Source of the DNA: an uncultured Verrucomicrobiota bacterium
Lineage (GTDB): Bacteria; Verrucomicrobiota; Verrucomicrobiia; Limisphaerales; CAIMTB01
Length of the DNA stretch: 63,972 bases
Assembly: GCA_964476125.1 (NCBI GenBank)
Contig: CAYZAE010000015.1
Span: 1 to 63,972 of the forward strand
Direction of reading: 5' to 3'
Under the pieces are notes generated by a model that saw only the letters and a list, made by a program, of their open reading frames with translations, searched no databases and had not been told where the DNA came from. Shown here in pieces: positions 9,622 through 19,295 of the stretch (its first letter is position 1; every line of letters starts with the position of its first letter). Position numbers and translations under genes: made by a program.

Positions 9622-12600
9622 CTACCAATCGAGGTCGACCGACACCAGTTCGCTCCGAAGCCGCTTCAGATCCCACACCTGCACCTCGCCCCGGTCCCGT
9701 GCGGCGGCGAGCCAGGCGTCGTCCGGACTGAAGCAGACATCCAGGATCCGCGACGTTCCTGGGCCTTCCAGCGAGGCCAGGGTGCGGCGTGTGGCGAGGT
9801 CGATGAGGTGGATTTCCCGATCGTTCTGGTTCACGGCGAGCCAGCGGCCGTCGGCGCTGATGGCCGCCGCGTATTCTACGGCGGTGTTGCGCTCGATGGG
9901 CAGCGGCGCCGGGTGGGGTTCCCAGGTCTGGGTCCGCCAGAGCCGGAGATCGCGGCCCATCATGATCAGCCATTGGCCGTCGGGCGAAAACCGGACCCCC
10001 TCGCCCTCGCCCTGCAACGTCCGGGGAGGTGCCTCCGGGGATTCGAGATCCCACACGGTGGCGGCCGTCGCCCCGCCGGCGACCAGCCAGCGCCCGTCCG
10101 GTGCCAGGTCGGTGAACCCCGAAAACCGGTTCAACTTGAACTCGCGTTCCTCGCCGGGCCGGGGACCGAGAACCCGGACGAGATTTTCGCCGTGATCCGC
10201 GACCGCGACCCGGCCGCCCCGGCGCGAGGTGGCCACGGTCCAGTGCCGGACCCCGGAGACGATCCGACGTGGTTCCTGCCCCTGCCTCGCGAGACCGCCG
10301 GATTGGGCGGGGTCGAGATCGATTTCCAACAGGGCTGTTCGCGTGGACATGAGCAGACGCCGGCCTTCGCCGTCGAAGGCGGCGCCGAGCACCGGCCGCA
10401 CGGGGATGACAGCGGAACGTTCGCCCCGGGCCAGGTTCCAGAGAATCACGCCTTCCCCCGACAAGGCCATCAGGGTTTTTCCGTCGGGACTGAAACGCAG
10501 CACCTGATGACCTTCGGGAGCCGCCCCGGCTCGAAGGGACCGGACCACGGTGGACGGCATCCATTCCAGCCAGGCCGGGAAACCGCGATCGTAAAGCAGC
10601 CCGATCCGGGTGTCGGAGAGGTCGAACTGGAGGTGCCAGGTGCCGTGGCGATCGACGCCCAGGAGCCGGCCGGTCCAGGCATCGAACACGCGCGTGCCCA
10701 GGCGTTCCCCGCCCACGGCGAGAAGACTGCCCTCGTGGGAGAAGCCGAGTGCCCAGTTGGCATCGGTGGGGGCGTCGATCCAGCGGACTTCCTGGCCATC
10801 CGCGGCGTTGAGCAGGACGACGGTGTCGCGCGGGGTGGGAAAGGCGATGACATCCCGTGCGCGGCTCCAGGCCAGCCCGAGAATGCCTTCGGTCTGCTTC
10901 TGCTGCCATCGCACCTCCCCGGTCATCGCGTCACAAACTGCGATGGTCTCGTTCTCCATGACCAGCGCCACGGCCCGGCCATCGGGGGACCACGCGGCCA
11001 TCACCAGGCGAAGCCCCCCGGGCAGCGGCCAGTCCGCCACGCGCTCGATCCGGCCTGACGCGGCGTCGGGTCCGGTCAGGGCATAGACCGCGAAACGCAG
11101 CCCTTTTTCCCCGCGGCCCAGCAGCCGGCCATCAGGGGAGATGGCGCCCGCGGGAAGAACGGTTCCTTCGCCACCCGCTGCGGGCAGGACCTCACGGCCC
11201 GTCGCGACATGCCAAAGCCCGATCGTGGCCCGATGCCGGGTGGCGAGGAAGGTGGCGTCCCGGCTGAATCCGAGCACTTCGTCCGGATGTTTCGCAGGCA
11301 CCCGGGCGATCAGGGTTCCGTCGGGAACGCGGTGGACGGTCACGGCGTTGTTCGCCTCGTCGGGCAGGGCGCAGACGGTGAAGCCGGGATCGAAGGCCAT
11401 CAGCATGAGATCCCGCGACGGGGGCAGATTGGTCAGCGTGACACTGCGCAGGTCCGACCGCGCCAGGGCGGCGATGGTTTCGTTGCGTCGACCCGACTTC
11501 AAGCGGCCGCCGGGATCCAGACGCCGCGCCTCGGCCAGCCGGCTCAAGGCCTGTTCGCGATGGCCGGCTTCCCCGGCGAGACGCAGGGCGCGGGCCTCGG
11601 AGACCAGCGATTCCGCGAGCCGATCGCGCGCTTCATCGCGGGAGGCGCGGACCCGGGCGGCACTGGTCACGATCACTCCCCCCGTGGTGAGCACCGCCAA
11701 CGCCAGGAGCGTCGCCAGCAAGGCAACGACGGGATGCCGACGCGCCCAACGCAGGGTTCGGCCGGACCAGCCGACCGGTCGCGCCCGCACCGGTTCGTGG
11801 CGCAGGAAACGCTCCAGATCCTCGGCCAGTTCGAGCGCCGTCGGGTACCGTCGGCCGGCCTCCTTTTCGAGGCACCGCAGACAAAGGGTTTCGAGATCCG
11901 GCGGAACCCCGCGATTCAGGCGCCTGGGCGGGGCCGGATCCTCGGTGCGCAGGAGTTCCAACACCGCCTGGGGGGACTCGGCCTGGAACGGCGGGACGCC
12001 CGTGATCAACTCGTAGAGCACCGCACCCAGCGAATAGACGTCGGTGGCCGGTCCGACCTCCCCACCCCGGGCCTGTTCCGGGGACATGTAGGCAGGCGAA
12101 CCCAGGACCTGTCCGGTCAGGGTGAGCCGGTCCCCGATTTCCGGGGTCCCTTCGACCGAGTGTTCCTTCGCCAGCCCAAAATCGGCCACGTGCGGCTGGT
12201 CCGCGGCGTCGATCAGCACGTTCGAGGGCTTGAGATCGCGGTGCAGGATGCCGTGGCGGTGCGCATGATCGACGGCCCGGGCGACGGTCGCCACGTAGGC
12301 CGCCGCGCGTGATGCCGGCAGGGGACCGCCGCGCACGAGATCCGCCAGCGTTCGGCCGGCGACGAATTCCATCGAATAGAACGGTTGCCCGTCGATTTCG
12401 CCGGCTTCGTGGATGGCCACGATGTTCGGGTGCCGCAACCGCCCTGCCGCGGCGGCTTCGCTGCGCAGGCGACGTCGACCGGCCTCCCCCGCGAAGGCGC
12501 CCCCGAGCAGGACTTTCAGGGCCACGACCCGACCGAGGCTCCGTTGCCGGGCCTTGTACACGACCCCCATGCCGCCCCGGGCGATTTCCTCCAGCAGTTC

Positions 12601-12783
12601 GTAGTCCCCCGCCCGCCGCAGGGGCGCGGGGTCCGCCGCCTCCTCCGGCGACCCGGACTTCAGCGCGTCGTCGCCACGGCCCGACATCGCCGAGGCCAGC
12701 AGGCAGCGGGAACAAAGGCCGAGACCCGCGCTGCCGCGGATCGGCGCACCGCATTCGGTACAGGGCGTGAAGGTTCCCAACAT
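9622..12783 (-). CDS. Ser/Thr protein kinase with N-terminal zinc ribbon, one TM segment and C-terminal WD40-like beta-propeller repeats
   Basis: 1053 aa with an ATG start. Zinc ribbon CTECGAPI...CSRCLL. Kinase motifs HRDLKPSNVLI, DFGLAK and GSPAYMSPEQ. TM segment VVALLATLLALAVLTTGGVIV. The C-terminal half has many SPDG-containing repeats. Confidence 0.9.
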   Translation of the reverse strand: MLGTFTPCTECGAPIRGSAGLGLCSRCLLASAMSGRGDDALKSGSPEEAADPAPLRRAGDYELLEEIARGGMGVVYKARQRSLGRVVALKVLLGGAFAGEAGRRRLRSEAAAAGRLRHPNIVAIHEAGEIDGQPFYSMEFVAGRTLADLVRGGPLPASRAAAYVATVARAVDHAHRHGILHRDLKPSNVLIDAADQPHVADFGLAKEHSVEGTPEIGDRLTLTGQVLGSPAYMSPEQARGGEVGPATDVYSLGAVLYELITGVPPFQAESPQAVLELLRTEDPAPPRRLNRGVPPDLETLCLRCLEKEAGRRYPTALELAEDLERFLRHEPVRARPVGWSGRTLRWARRHPVVALLATLLALAVLTTGGVIVTSAARVRASRDEARDRLAESLVSEARALRLAGEAGHREQALSRLAEARRLDPGGRLKSGRRNETIAALARSDLRSVTLTNLPPSRDLMLMAFDPGFTVCALPDEANNAVTVHRVPDGTLIARVPAKHPDEVLGFSRDATFLATRHRATIGLWHVATGREVLPAAGGEGTVLPAGAISPDGRLLGRGEKGLRFAVYALTGPDAASGRIERVADWPLPGGLRLVMAAWSPDGRAVALVMENETIAVCDAMTGEVRWQQKQTEGILGLAWSRARDVIAFPTPRDTVVLLNAADGQEVRWIDAPTDANWALGFSHEGSLLAVGGERLGTRVFDAWTGRLLGVDRHGTWHLQFDLSDTRIGLLYDRGFPAWLEWMPSTVVRSLRAGAAPEGHQVLRFSPDGKTLMALSGEGVILWNLARGERSAVIPVRPVLGAAFDGEGRRLLMSTRTALLEIDLDPAQSGGLARQGQEPRRIVSGVRHWTVATSRRGGRVAVADHGENLVRVLGPRPGEEREFKLNRFSGFTDLAPDGRWLVAGGATAATVWDLESPEAPPRTLQGEGEGVRFSPDGQWLIMMGRDLRLWRTQTWEPHPAPLPIERNTAVEYAAAISADGRWLAVNQNDREIHLIDLATRRTLASLEGPGTSRILDVCFSPDDAWLAAARDRGEVQVWDLKRLRSELVSVDLDW

Positions 12784-12857
12784 CGATGGCTAAGGAATCC
12801 GACGGGACCGGTTGCACGAAAACCCGCGGGTCGGAAACCCCGGTCTTTCGGGCCGGG

Positions 12858-13616
12858 TCATGCGGCGATGGCTTCGAGCAGATGACGGAGCTCCTGCTCC
12901 ACTTCGCCCGGCGTCTCCACGGTGTCCGCGACCAGTTCGCGAAGGATCTCCCCCTGCCGCAGCCGCGCCCGGCGCAAGTGGCTTTTCAAGGTGTTCAAGG
13001 GAATACCCAGCCGGGTGGCCTCGGTTTCCAGCGAACCGTTGTCGGGATCCCCCATCCGCTCCAGCAGATCGAGCAGCGGCCCCTTCCCGGCGGCCCGGAA
13101 CTCCTCCCGCAGCCGCGCCCGACCCGCTGCCAGCAGCTGCTCCGCCCAATGGCGGTCGAACAACCGGTCGGGGGACAGGTCATCGGGAATCTCGTGATAC
13201 CGGCCCTCCGCGTCCGCGGCGTCCAGTGACAACACCTCCCGGCCACCCCCGCGTTTCCCAGCCCGCCGGCGATCCCATTCGTCGGCGAGAAAGTTCTTCA
13301 CCGACTGCGCCAGGAACCCCCGGAACCGGCCGCGTTCGCGTCGCACGGACATCAGTCCGTCGCGGGACAGCAGGCGTGCGAAGAATTCCTGGGTCAGATC
13401 CCGGGCCGCCTCCGGATCCCCGCCGCGCCGACGAACCAGCGCGTAGACCGGCATCCAGTAGGTTCGACACAGCGTTTCCAGAGCGGCTTCGCCGGCCGGA
13501 TCATCGCCTTGGGCGGCGAGAATCACACTCCAGCGGGTGGTTCCGAACATCACTCCCCGAGGGATTCCGGCGGGCTCGCCCCCCGGGGTTGGAGAATCAG
13601 ATCCGTCGATGGGCAT
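12858..13616 (-). CDS. ECF-type RNA polymerase sigma-70 factor, kinase-associated type resembling group ECF43
   Basis: 252 aa, with an alternative ATG at 13550. Motifs TTRWSVILAA, region 2 DLTQEFFARLL and region 4 LGIPLNTLKSHLRRARLRQ. It lies directly upstream of the STK, and no anti-sigma gene is present. Confidence 0.85.
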   Translation of the reverse strand: MPIDGSDSPTPGGEPAGIPRGVMFGTTRWSVILAAQGDDPAGEAALETLCRTYWMPVYALVRRRGGDPEAARDLTQEFFARLLSRDGLMSVRRERGRFRGFLAQSVKNFLADEWDRRRAGKRGGGREVLSLDAADAEGRYHEIPDDLSPDRLFDRHWAEQLLAAGRARLREEFRAAGKGPLLDLLERMGDPDNGSLETEATRLGIPLNTLKSHLRRARLRQGEILRELVADTVETPGEVEQELRHLLEAIAA

Positions 13617-13684
13617 GGCGGAACGGTGACGGCGACAACGGGGCTGGCGGTGACAACGGCGGAGGGTTGGTCCGGGAAGTGGCC

Positions 13685-15214
13685 TCAGGCGACCAGCGGT
13701 TCGATCACGTGGCCGTGAACATCCGTGAGCCGGCGATCGATCCCGCTGTGGCGGAAGGTCAGCCGGGTGTGATCAATGCCCAGCAGGTGCAGCATGGTGG
13801 CATGGATGTCGTAGTTCTGGGTCGGGTTCTTGCGGTCGGCGGGCTTGTAGCCCCATTCGTCGCTGGGACCGTACGTGGTGCCGCCCTTGACTCCGCCGCC
13901 GGCCATCCAGGTGGTGAAGCAATAGGGATTGTGATCCCGTCCCTTGCCGCCCTGGGTGCTGGGCATGCGCCCGAACTCGGTGCTCCAGATCACCAGGGTG
14001 TCCTGGAGCAACCCGCGCTGTTTGAGGTCCTGGATCAGCGCCGCCGCCCCGCGCGCCATGCCGGTCGCAAGGGGACCGTGGTCGCGTTCGACGTCCTCGT
14101 GGGAATCCCAGTTGCGCCGCGGAAACCCGTTGTCGTTGCCCGACCAGATCTGCACGTAACGCACGCCCCGCTCGAGCAGCCGGCGCGCGACCAGGCATTT
14201 GCGCCCGAAATAATCAGTCTCCTCCAGGGGGTTGATCTCGGCGTCGAACGAAGACCGGCCATGGTCCAGGCCGTACAGCTTCAGCACATGGGCCGGTTCC
14301 TTGGAAAGATCGAGCGCGTCGGGGGCCGCCAATTGCATGCGGGCCGCGAGTTCATACGCCCGGATCCTGGCCTCCAACCGGGTGTCGCCCTCCCGCTGGC
14401 TGGCGTGTTCGCGGTTCAGCTGGCGCATGACGTCCTGAGCCTCGCTCTCCGCCGCCGCCGTCAGATACCGCGCCTTCGGAGGCTGGAGATGGGCGATCGG
14501 ACGGTCCGTGCCCGGATAAATGGAAACGCCCTGATGCTGCGCCGGCAGAAAGGCGCTGTCCCAGTTCTTGGTCCCGTTCGACGCCAGTCCGCGGTGATCG
14601 GGAAGGACCACGAAGGTCGGCAGGTTGTCGTTCAGGGAGCCCAGTCCGTAACTCACCCAGCAGCCGGATCCGGGATACCCCGGAAGCAGGTAACCGGTGG
14701 TCTGCTGAAAGGTCCCGGCACTGTGCACGCCGCTCCGGCTCACCATGTTGTGCACAAAGGCCATCTCATCGGCCACGGCCCCCAGCGCCGACACCGGTTC
14801 GCCCAGCATCTTCCCGCACTGGCCGTACGCCTTGAACGGCCACACGGGCGCCTTCCACGGACCCAGCCCATCCTGGAACGCCTCCACCGCCTCCCCGAAA
14901 TCGGAGGGCTTGCCGTGGTGCTTCACCAGCGACGGCTTGTAGTCGAACAGGTCGAGGTGACTGGCCCCGCCCGCCATGAAGAACTGAACCACCCGCTTCG
15001 CCCGCGGCGCATGATGCAACCCGCCGTCGGCCCGCGGCGCCACCACCCCCGCCACGTCCGCCGCCAGCATCCGCTCGGTCCCCAGCAGATGCGTCAGCGC
15101 CGCACCCCCCACCCCGCCGCCGAGGCGCCACAGGAAATCCCGCCGCGTCGACCCGCCGACCCCAGTCCCGGACCGGACGCCTTTCCCCGACGGATTGCTC
15201 ATGTTCATGCTCAT
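13685..15214 (-). CDS. DUF1501 family (sulfatase-like) protein with Tat signal
   Basis: Start taken at the MSMNMSN ATG cluster (15214/15208/15202), which lies after the upstream gene stop at 15250. Twin-arginine motif TRRDFLWRLGGGVGGAAL. GRDHNPYCFTTWMAGGGVKGG is typical of DUF1501. Confidence 0.85.
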   Translation of the reverse strand: MSMNMSNPSGKGVRSGTGVGGSTRRDFLWRLGGGVGGAALTHLLGTERMLAADVAGVVAPRADGGLHHAPRAKRVVQFFMAGGASHLDLFDYKPSLVKHHGKPSDFGEAVEAFQDGLGPWKAPVWPFKAYGQCGKMLGEPVSALGAVADEMAFVHNMVSRSGVHSAGTFQQTTGYLLPGYPGSGCWVSYGLGSLNDNLPTFVVLPDHRGLASNGTKNWDSAFLPAQHQGVSIYPGTDRPIAHLQPPKARYLTAAAESEAQDVMRQLNREHASQREGDTRLEARIRAYELAARMQLAAPDALDLSKEPAHVLKLYGLDHGRSSFDAEINPLEETDYFGRKCLVARRLLERGVRYVQIWSGNDNGFPRRNWDSHEDVERDHGPLATGMARGAAALIQDLKQRGLLQDTLVIWSTEFGRMPSTQGGKGRDHNPYCFTTWMAGGGVKGGTTYGPSDEWGYKPADRKNPTQNYDIHATMLHLLGIDHTRLTFRHSGIDRRLTDVHGHVIEPLVA

Positions 15215-15249
15215 GGTGGAGACGGAATTCAAAGCCAGGGAACGCGCGA

Positions 15250-18200
15250 TCAATCGACGAAGACAAATTCGTTCAGGTTCATCAGGACCCGGCACGCCGC
15301 GGAAAGACCATGGCGCCCCGCATAACCGACCAGTTCCGCCCGCTCGGTCGGCGTCGGCGCACGCTGGAGGGCCAGCGCGAACGCCCGCCGCACCCGGGCC
15401 TCGGGATCCGACCCCGCCTCGCGCTCGACACGCGCCGCGAAGTGCTCGGCCATGGCCACCGTCAGCCGGCTGTTCAACAACGCCAGCGCCTGCAACGGCG
15501 TCAGGGTCTCGTTCCGCCGATCCACCCGCATCGAAGGATCCGCGCAGTCCAGGGCCGTCATGAACGGCTCCTGCTGCGATCGCACCAGGAACCGGTACAC
15601 CGAACGGCGGTGGGTCTTCGGATCCTCCGGATCATGCAGGTGATATTGGTAATGCGGCGAATGCTCGGGTTTCTCCACCACGAAGTCCTGGAATCCGGGA
15701 CCGTACATCGCCGGATCCAGGCGCCCGCTGACCGCCAGCACCGTATCCCGCACCGCTTCGGCCTCAAGCCGACGCCGATTCATTCGCGAAAGCAGGCGGT
15801 TGTCGGCATCCGCGGCCTCCCCCCCTTTCCGGGAGGGTTCCGTCGAGACCTGCCGATAGGTCGCACTGGTCACCAGCAGGCGGTCCAGGGTCCGGAAGGA
15901 TTGACTGCCATCCCGGAACTCCACCGCCAGCCAGTCGAGCAGGTCGGGATGGGTCGGACGTCCCCCCATCCGGCCGAAATCGTTGGGGGTATCGACGATC
16001 CCGCGCCCGAAGCGCTGCTGCCAGACACGGTTGACGATGCTGCGCCAGGTCAGCGGGTTGTTCTCCGCCGTCAACCAGCCGGCCAGAGCCGCCCGGCGCG
16101 CGCCCTCCGTCGCGTCCGGCGGAAGCTCGAACCGTGACGGGACTCCCGTCACACAACGCAAGGCCCCGGCGACCGCAGGCACCCCGGGCTTCTTCACATC
16201 GCCCCGCGCCAGAATGCTGATCGGGCGCGGCTTCCCCCCGTCCGAACCCGTGCCGCGGAAATTGCCTGAGCCGTAATGCACACTGCCGACGTACGCCACC
16301 AGGGGCTTCGGCATGGCCTCCAATTCGGCCTTGGTTTCCGCCAGGGAGCGAATCGTCGAGGCCAACTCCCGTCGGACTTCCGACGGAACCTGCTTTTCCA
16401 CCAGGGACTCCCGCTCGCGTTTCCATTCCACGATCTCGGACTGCGACACCGGCGCTCCGGGGGCCTTGCCGTCGGTCAGGTTGTGCTTCGCCCAGCGGGC
16501 CGGCGCCTCCACGGAATCCAGCGCCCGCACCGCGGCGTCCCGGGCCACGTTTTTCCCGGCCGCGCCAATCACTTCCAACTCGGCCAGGGCGAAAATGAAA
16601 TCGTTCTGCCGCGGCGCCAGCTTCGTGGCCGTCACCCGCACATAACGCCCCGACCGGCCGGCGGCGGGAAAAGTCTGCTTCGCCACCCCGGGATTCGGAA
16701 CGTCAGCACCCGTCTGGTCTGCGACCCCCGACACCCCCGACGCAAACTCCGGGTCCTCGGAAACCTCCACCCGGAAACGGCGCGGGAAGCCGAAGCCGTC
16801 CCCGATGTTGTTGAACGCGTCCCGCGCCGGGGAGAGCACGATGCGGTCGAGGGGGTGAACCTGCCCCAGATCCACCTGGACCCACTTCACCTCGTCCTCC
16901 TTGGCGGCCACGGCGCTGTGATACCCATATTCGGCGGGCTGCCCCTCCTTCGCGGCCTGCTCCCCCTTCCGGATCCGGTCGTCGATGGCCTTCAGATCCT
17001 CGCCACCGATCCGGACGATCTCGTCCTTGAGCTCCCGTTCCCGCCGGGTCAGGGATCGGATCTTCGCCTCCCCCTCCCGCCGCTGACGGTTCAGGGCCGG
17101 CTCCCGGTAATAACGGCGCTCCGTCCGATCGACGGCGGCGAACACCGATTGCAGGGCGTAATAGTCCTCCGCGGGGATCGGATCGAATTTATGGTCGTGG
17201 CACTGGGCGCAGTGGACGGTGAGGCTGGCGAAGGTCCCCATGGTGTTCGACACCATGTCGTCCCGGTCCAGGTGCCGGGCGATCTTCCCATCGGTCTTCG
17301 TCTCCGGCAGTTCCTCGTGGCCGATGAAATCCCAGGGACCCGCCGCGATGAACCCCAACGCCTCCAGCCCCGAAGCCGTGTCCGGATACAGCACATCCCC
17401 GGCGATCTGTTCCTCCAGGAAACGCGAGTACGGCTTGTCCTCGTTGAACGAACGGATGACGTAATCCCGGTAAGGCCACGCATTCGGCCGGGGCTTGTCC
17501 TTGTCGTACCCGTGCGTGTCCCCGTAATGGACGATGTCCAGCCAGGTCCGCGCCCAGCGTTCCCCGTAGTGCGGCGAGGCCAGCAACCGGTCCACCAACC
17601 GTTCATAAGCCCGGGAATCCCCGTCCGCCACGAAAGCCTCCACCTCCTCCGGCGTCGGCGGCAACCCGGTCAGGTCCAGGGTCACCCGCCGAATCAACGT
17701 CCGACGATCCGCTTCCGGGGAAACCGCCAGTCCGGCCGCCGCCAACCGCGCCCGCACAAAGGCGTCCACGGGATTTCCAGTGCCATCCCCGGGAACCCCC
17801 GGACGCTTCAAGGGCTGCAACGACCACCAGTCCCGGGGATCATCCAGCCGGACACTGGCCGACTCCGGCCATTCCGCACCCTGGTCGATCCAGGCCCGAA
17901 TCCTCCCGATCTCGGCCGCCGACAGAGGTTCGCCCTTCGGGGGCATCCGATCCCCTTCCGCAGCCGTGATCCACTCCATCAGGGCACTTTTGCCGGCCGA
18001 ACCGGGAACGATGGCCGTCTTTCCGGACTCCCCGCCAATCCCTGCGATGTCCCGGTTGTCCAGCCGATACCCGCTCTTCTGCTTCTGGGGCCCATGGCAT
18101 TCGAGGCAGTGCTTGGCGAACAGGGGTTGAATCCCGGTCACAAAATCCACGCGTGCCGCCACCGCCCCCAAACCTGCGGCGTCGTCGGCCCGGGCCGGAC

Positions 18201-18279
18201 AAGAAACGCCTGGCCCGACGCCGAAAACAGCTCCCAGGGTCAGGGCGCAGAAGACCGTAAGCGACTTTCGGGGATTCAC
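15250..18279 (-). CDS. PSCyt/DUF1549/DUF1553 protein (planctomycete cytochrome c-like) with an inserted discoidin-like domain
   Basis: 1009 aa with a GTG start and a signal peptide. Heme-binding motif CLECHGPQKQKSGYRLD. DUF1549 motif HCAQCHDHKFDPI. A central segment VKWVQVDLGQVHPLDRIVL...RFRVEVSEDPEF is F5/8-type-C-like. Confidence 0.9.
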   Translation of the reverse strand: MNPRKSLTVFCALTLGAVFGVGPGVSCPARADDAAGLGAVAARVDFVTGIQPLFAKHCLECHGPQKQKSGYRLDNRDIAGIGGESGKTAIVPGSAGKSALMEWITAAEGDRMPPKGEPLSAAEIGRIRAWIDQGAEWPESASVRLDDPRDWWSLQPLKRPGVPGDGTGNPVDAFVRARLAAAGLAVSPEADRRTLIRRVTLDLTGLPPTPEEVEAFVADGDSRAYERLVDRLLASPHYGERWARTWLDIVHYGDTHGYDKDKPRPNAWPYRDYVIRSFNEDKPYSRFLEEQIAGDVLYPDTASGLEALGFIAAGPWDFIGHEELPETKTDGKIARHLDRDDMVSNTMGTFASLTVHCAQCHDHKFDPIPAEDYYALQSVFAAVDRTERRYYREPALNRQRREGEAKIRSLTRRERELKDEIVRIGGEDLKAIDDRIRKGEQAAKEGQPAEYGYHSAVAAKEDEVKWVQVDLGQVHPLDRIVLSPARDAFNNIGDGFGFPRRFRVEVSEDPEFASGVSGVADQTGADVPNPGVAKQTFPAAGRSGRYVRVTATKLAPRQNDFIFALAELEVIGAAGKNVARDAAVRALDSVEAPARWAKHNLTDGKAPGAPVSQSEIVEWKRERESLVEKQVPSEVRRELASTIRSLAETKAELEAMPKPLVAYVGSVHYGSGNFRGTGSDGGKPRPISILARGDVKKPGVPAVAGALRCVTGVPSRFELPPDATEGARRAALAGWLTAENNPLTWRSIVNRVWQQRFGRGIVDTPNDFGRMGGRPTHPDLLDWLAVEFRDGSQSFRTLDRLLVTSATYRQVSTEPSRKGGEAADADNRLLSRMNRRRLEAEAVRDTVLAVSGRLDPAMYGPGFQDFVVEKPEHSPHYQYHLHDPEDPKTHRRSVYRFLVRSQQEPFMTALDCADPSMRVDRRNETLTPLQALALLNSRLTVAMAEHFAARVEREAGSDPEARVRRAFALALQRAPTPTERAELVGYAGRHGLSAACRVLMNLNEFVFVD

Positions 18280-18998
18280 CGGGGGATGGTGTAGTCGTTC
18301 GGCGCCTCAGGATCAACCCGGCAAGACAGGTCACTTGTCAGGGGCAGCTCCAAGGATAAAAAACATCCCCGGTCGAGGAGAACCCCAGAGGGACAGGTCT
18401 TTGGTCGAAGCCCCTCGATCATCGTCCAGATCTCGGCCGGATCGGCGTGAAACCTCCGAAAGCAGGACGGCTCGGGATTCAGACCGAACCACGCGCTGGC
18501 ACGATGAGGGATGTCCCTCGCACTCGCCGGGCCCGGATTCCGACCACCCGGGAGATCAAACCGCGCTGCTGCGAGGGCCGGAGCCCGCCGAGACAACAAC
18601 TTCTGTCCGTCGCACCCGGTAAAAGCAGCCTGCCCAAGGAAAAAAAGGCAGGTTGTTTGGACCCCTTGGCGGAATGGGCGTCGCGTTCTCTCACAGCCAC
18701 TTAAATCATTAATCATCAATATTTTAACCCAATAGACACAGGATTTTCAGCAAACCAGGCGTCGGAATTGCTTACACCCACCCGGACCAGCAGGTCCGAA
18801 ACAGGATTGGAATTCTAAAATGACAAGAGACTCTAAACCATTAGCCATCAACGTGATAATAGCATCCATGAAAGGAATGCTATAGCACATGCGATCCTCC
18901 AGGCATGCGATCTGCTAACAAGAGTAAGCCCTCGGCTCACGACCCCCTTGCCGAATGAACCCTACTCGCTTATGCGGGTTTTTTGGAACGCAGGAACG

Positions 18999-19256
18999 AT
19001 GAACAAGCCCCCCGTTCTCGGTCTCATCTTGCTTCTGGTGTTGTCCTCCACAACCGCCGCACTCCCGTCCACGCTCCGATTCTCCTCCGCGTCTCAAGGT
19101 CTTCGCGCGGCCACCACCACCTACAGCGTGCCCGGCTCCAGTCTTAACGCCAACCCCTCCTGGCGTCGGGGCTTCTCCAGCCTGGGCACCTCCCTCGCGC
19201 TCCTGGGCGCGGCGTTGACGCTGTTCGGCTCGATGCGTTGGAACGGCCGCAAGTAA
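18999..19256 (+). CDS. small exported S/T/A-rich protein with a C-terminal hydrophobic anchor and basic tail
   Basis: ATG 18999 is preceded by AGGA. Signal peptide MNKPPVLGLILLLVLSSTTAA. C-terminus LALLGAALTLFGSMRWNGRK. It is not a canonical PEP-CTERM. Confidence 0.4.
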   Translation: MNKPPVLGLILLLVLSSTTAALPSTLRFSSASQGLRAATTTYSVPGSSLNANPSWRRGFSSLGTSLALLGAALTLFGSMRWNGRK

Positions 19257-19295
19257 CACCCCTACACCCCTCCCCCACTCTCACTCTCCGCCGCC

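Noticed and set aside
18615-18650. AAGCAGCC...AAGG...GGCAGG string reminiscent of the SRP (4.5S) RNA domain IV
   Set aside because: There is no GGAA tetraloop context, no symmetric or asymmetric loop pairing and no flanking helix 5/8 complementarity. It is more likely a simple cctgcc/ggcagg hairpin.
18276-18719. 147-aa minus-strand ORF ending in a GTGA overlap with the DUF1553 gene start
   Set aside because: Third-position G+C is only modest. The sequence is Cys/Arg/Pro-rich with no motif or hydrophobic core pattern. It remains possible as a small leader gene because the 440-nt gap is otherwise empty, but it is not supportable from sequence alone.
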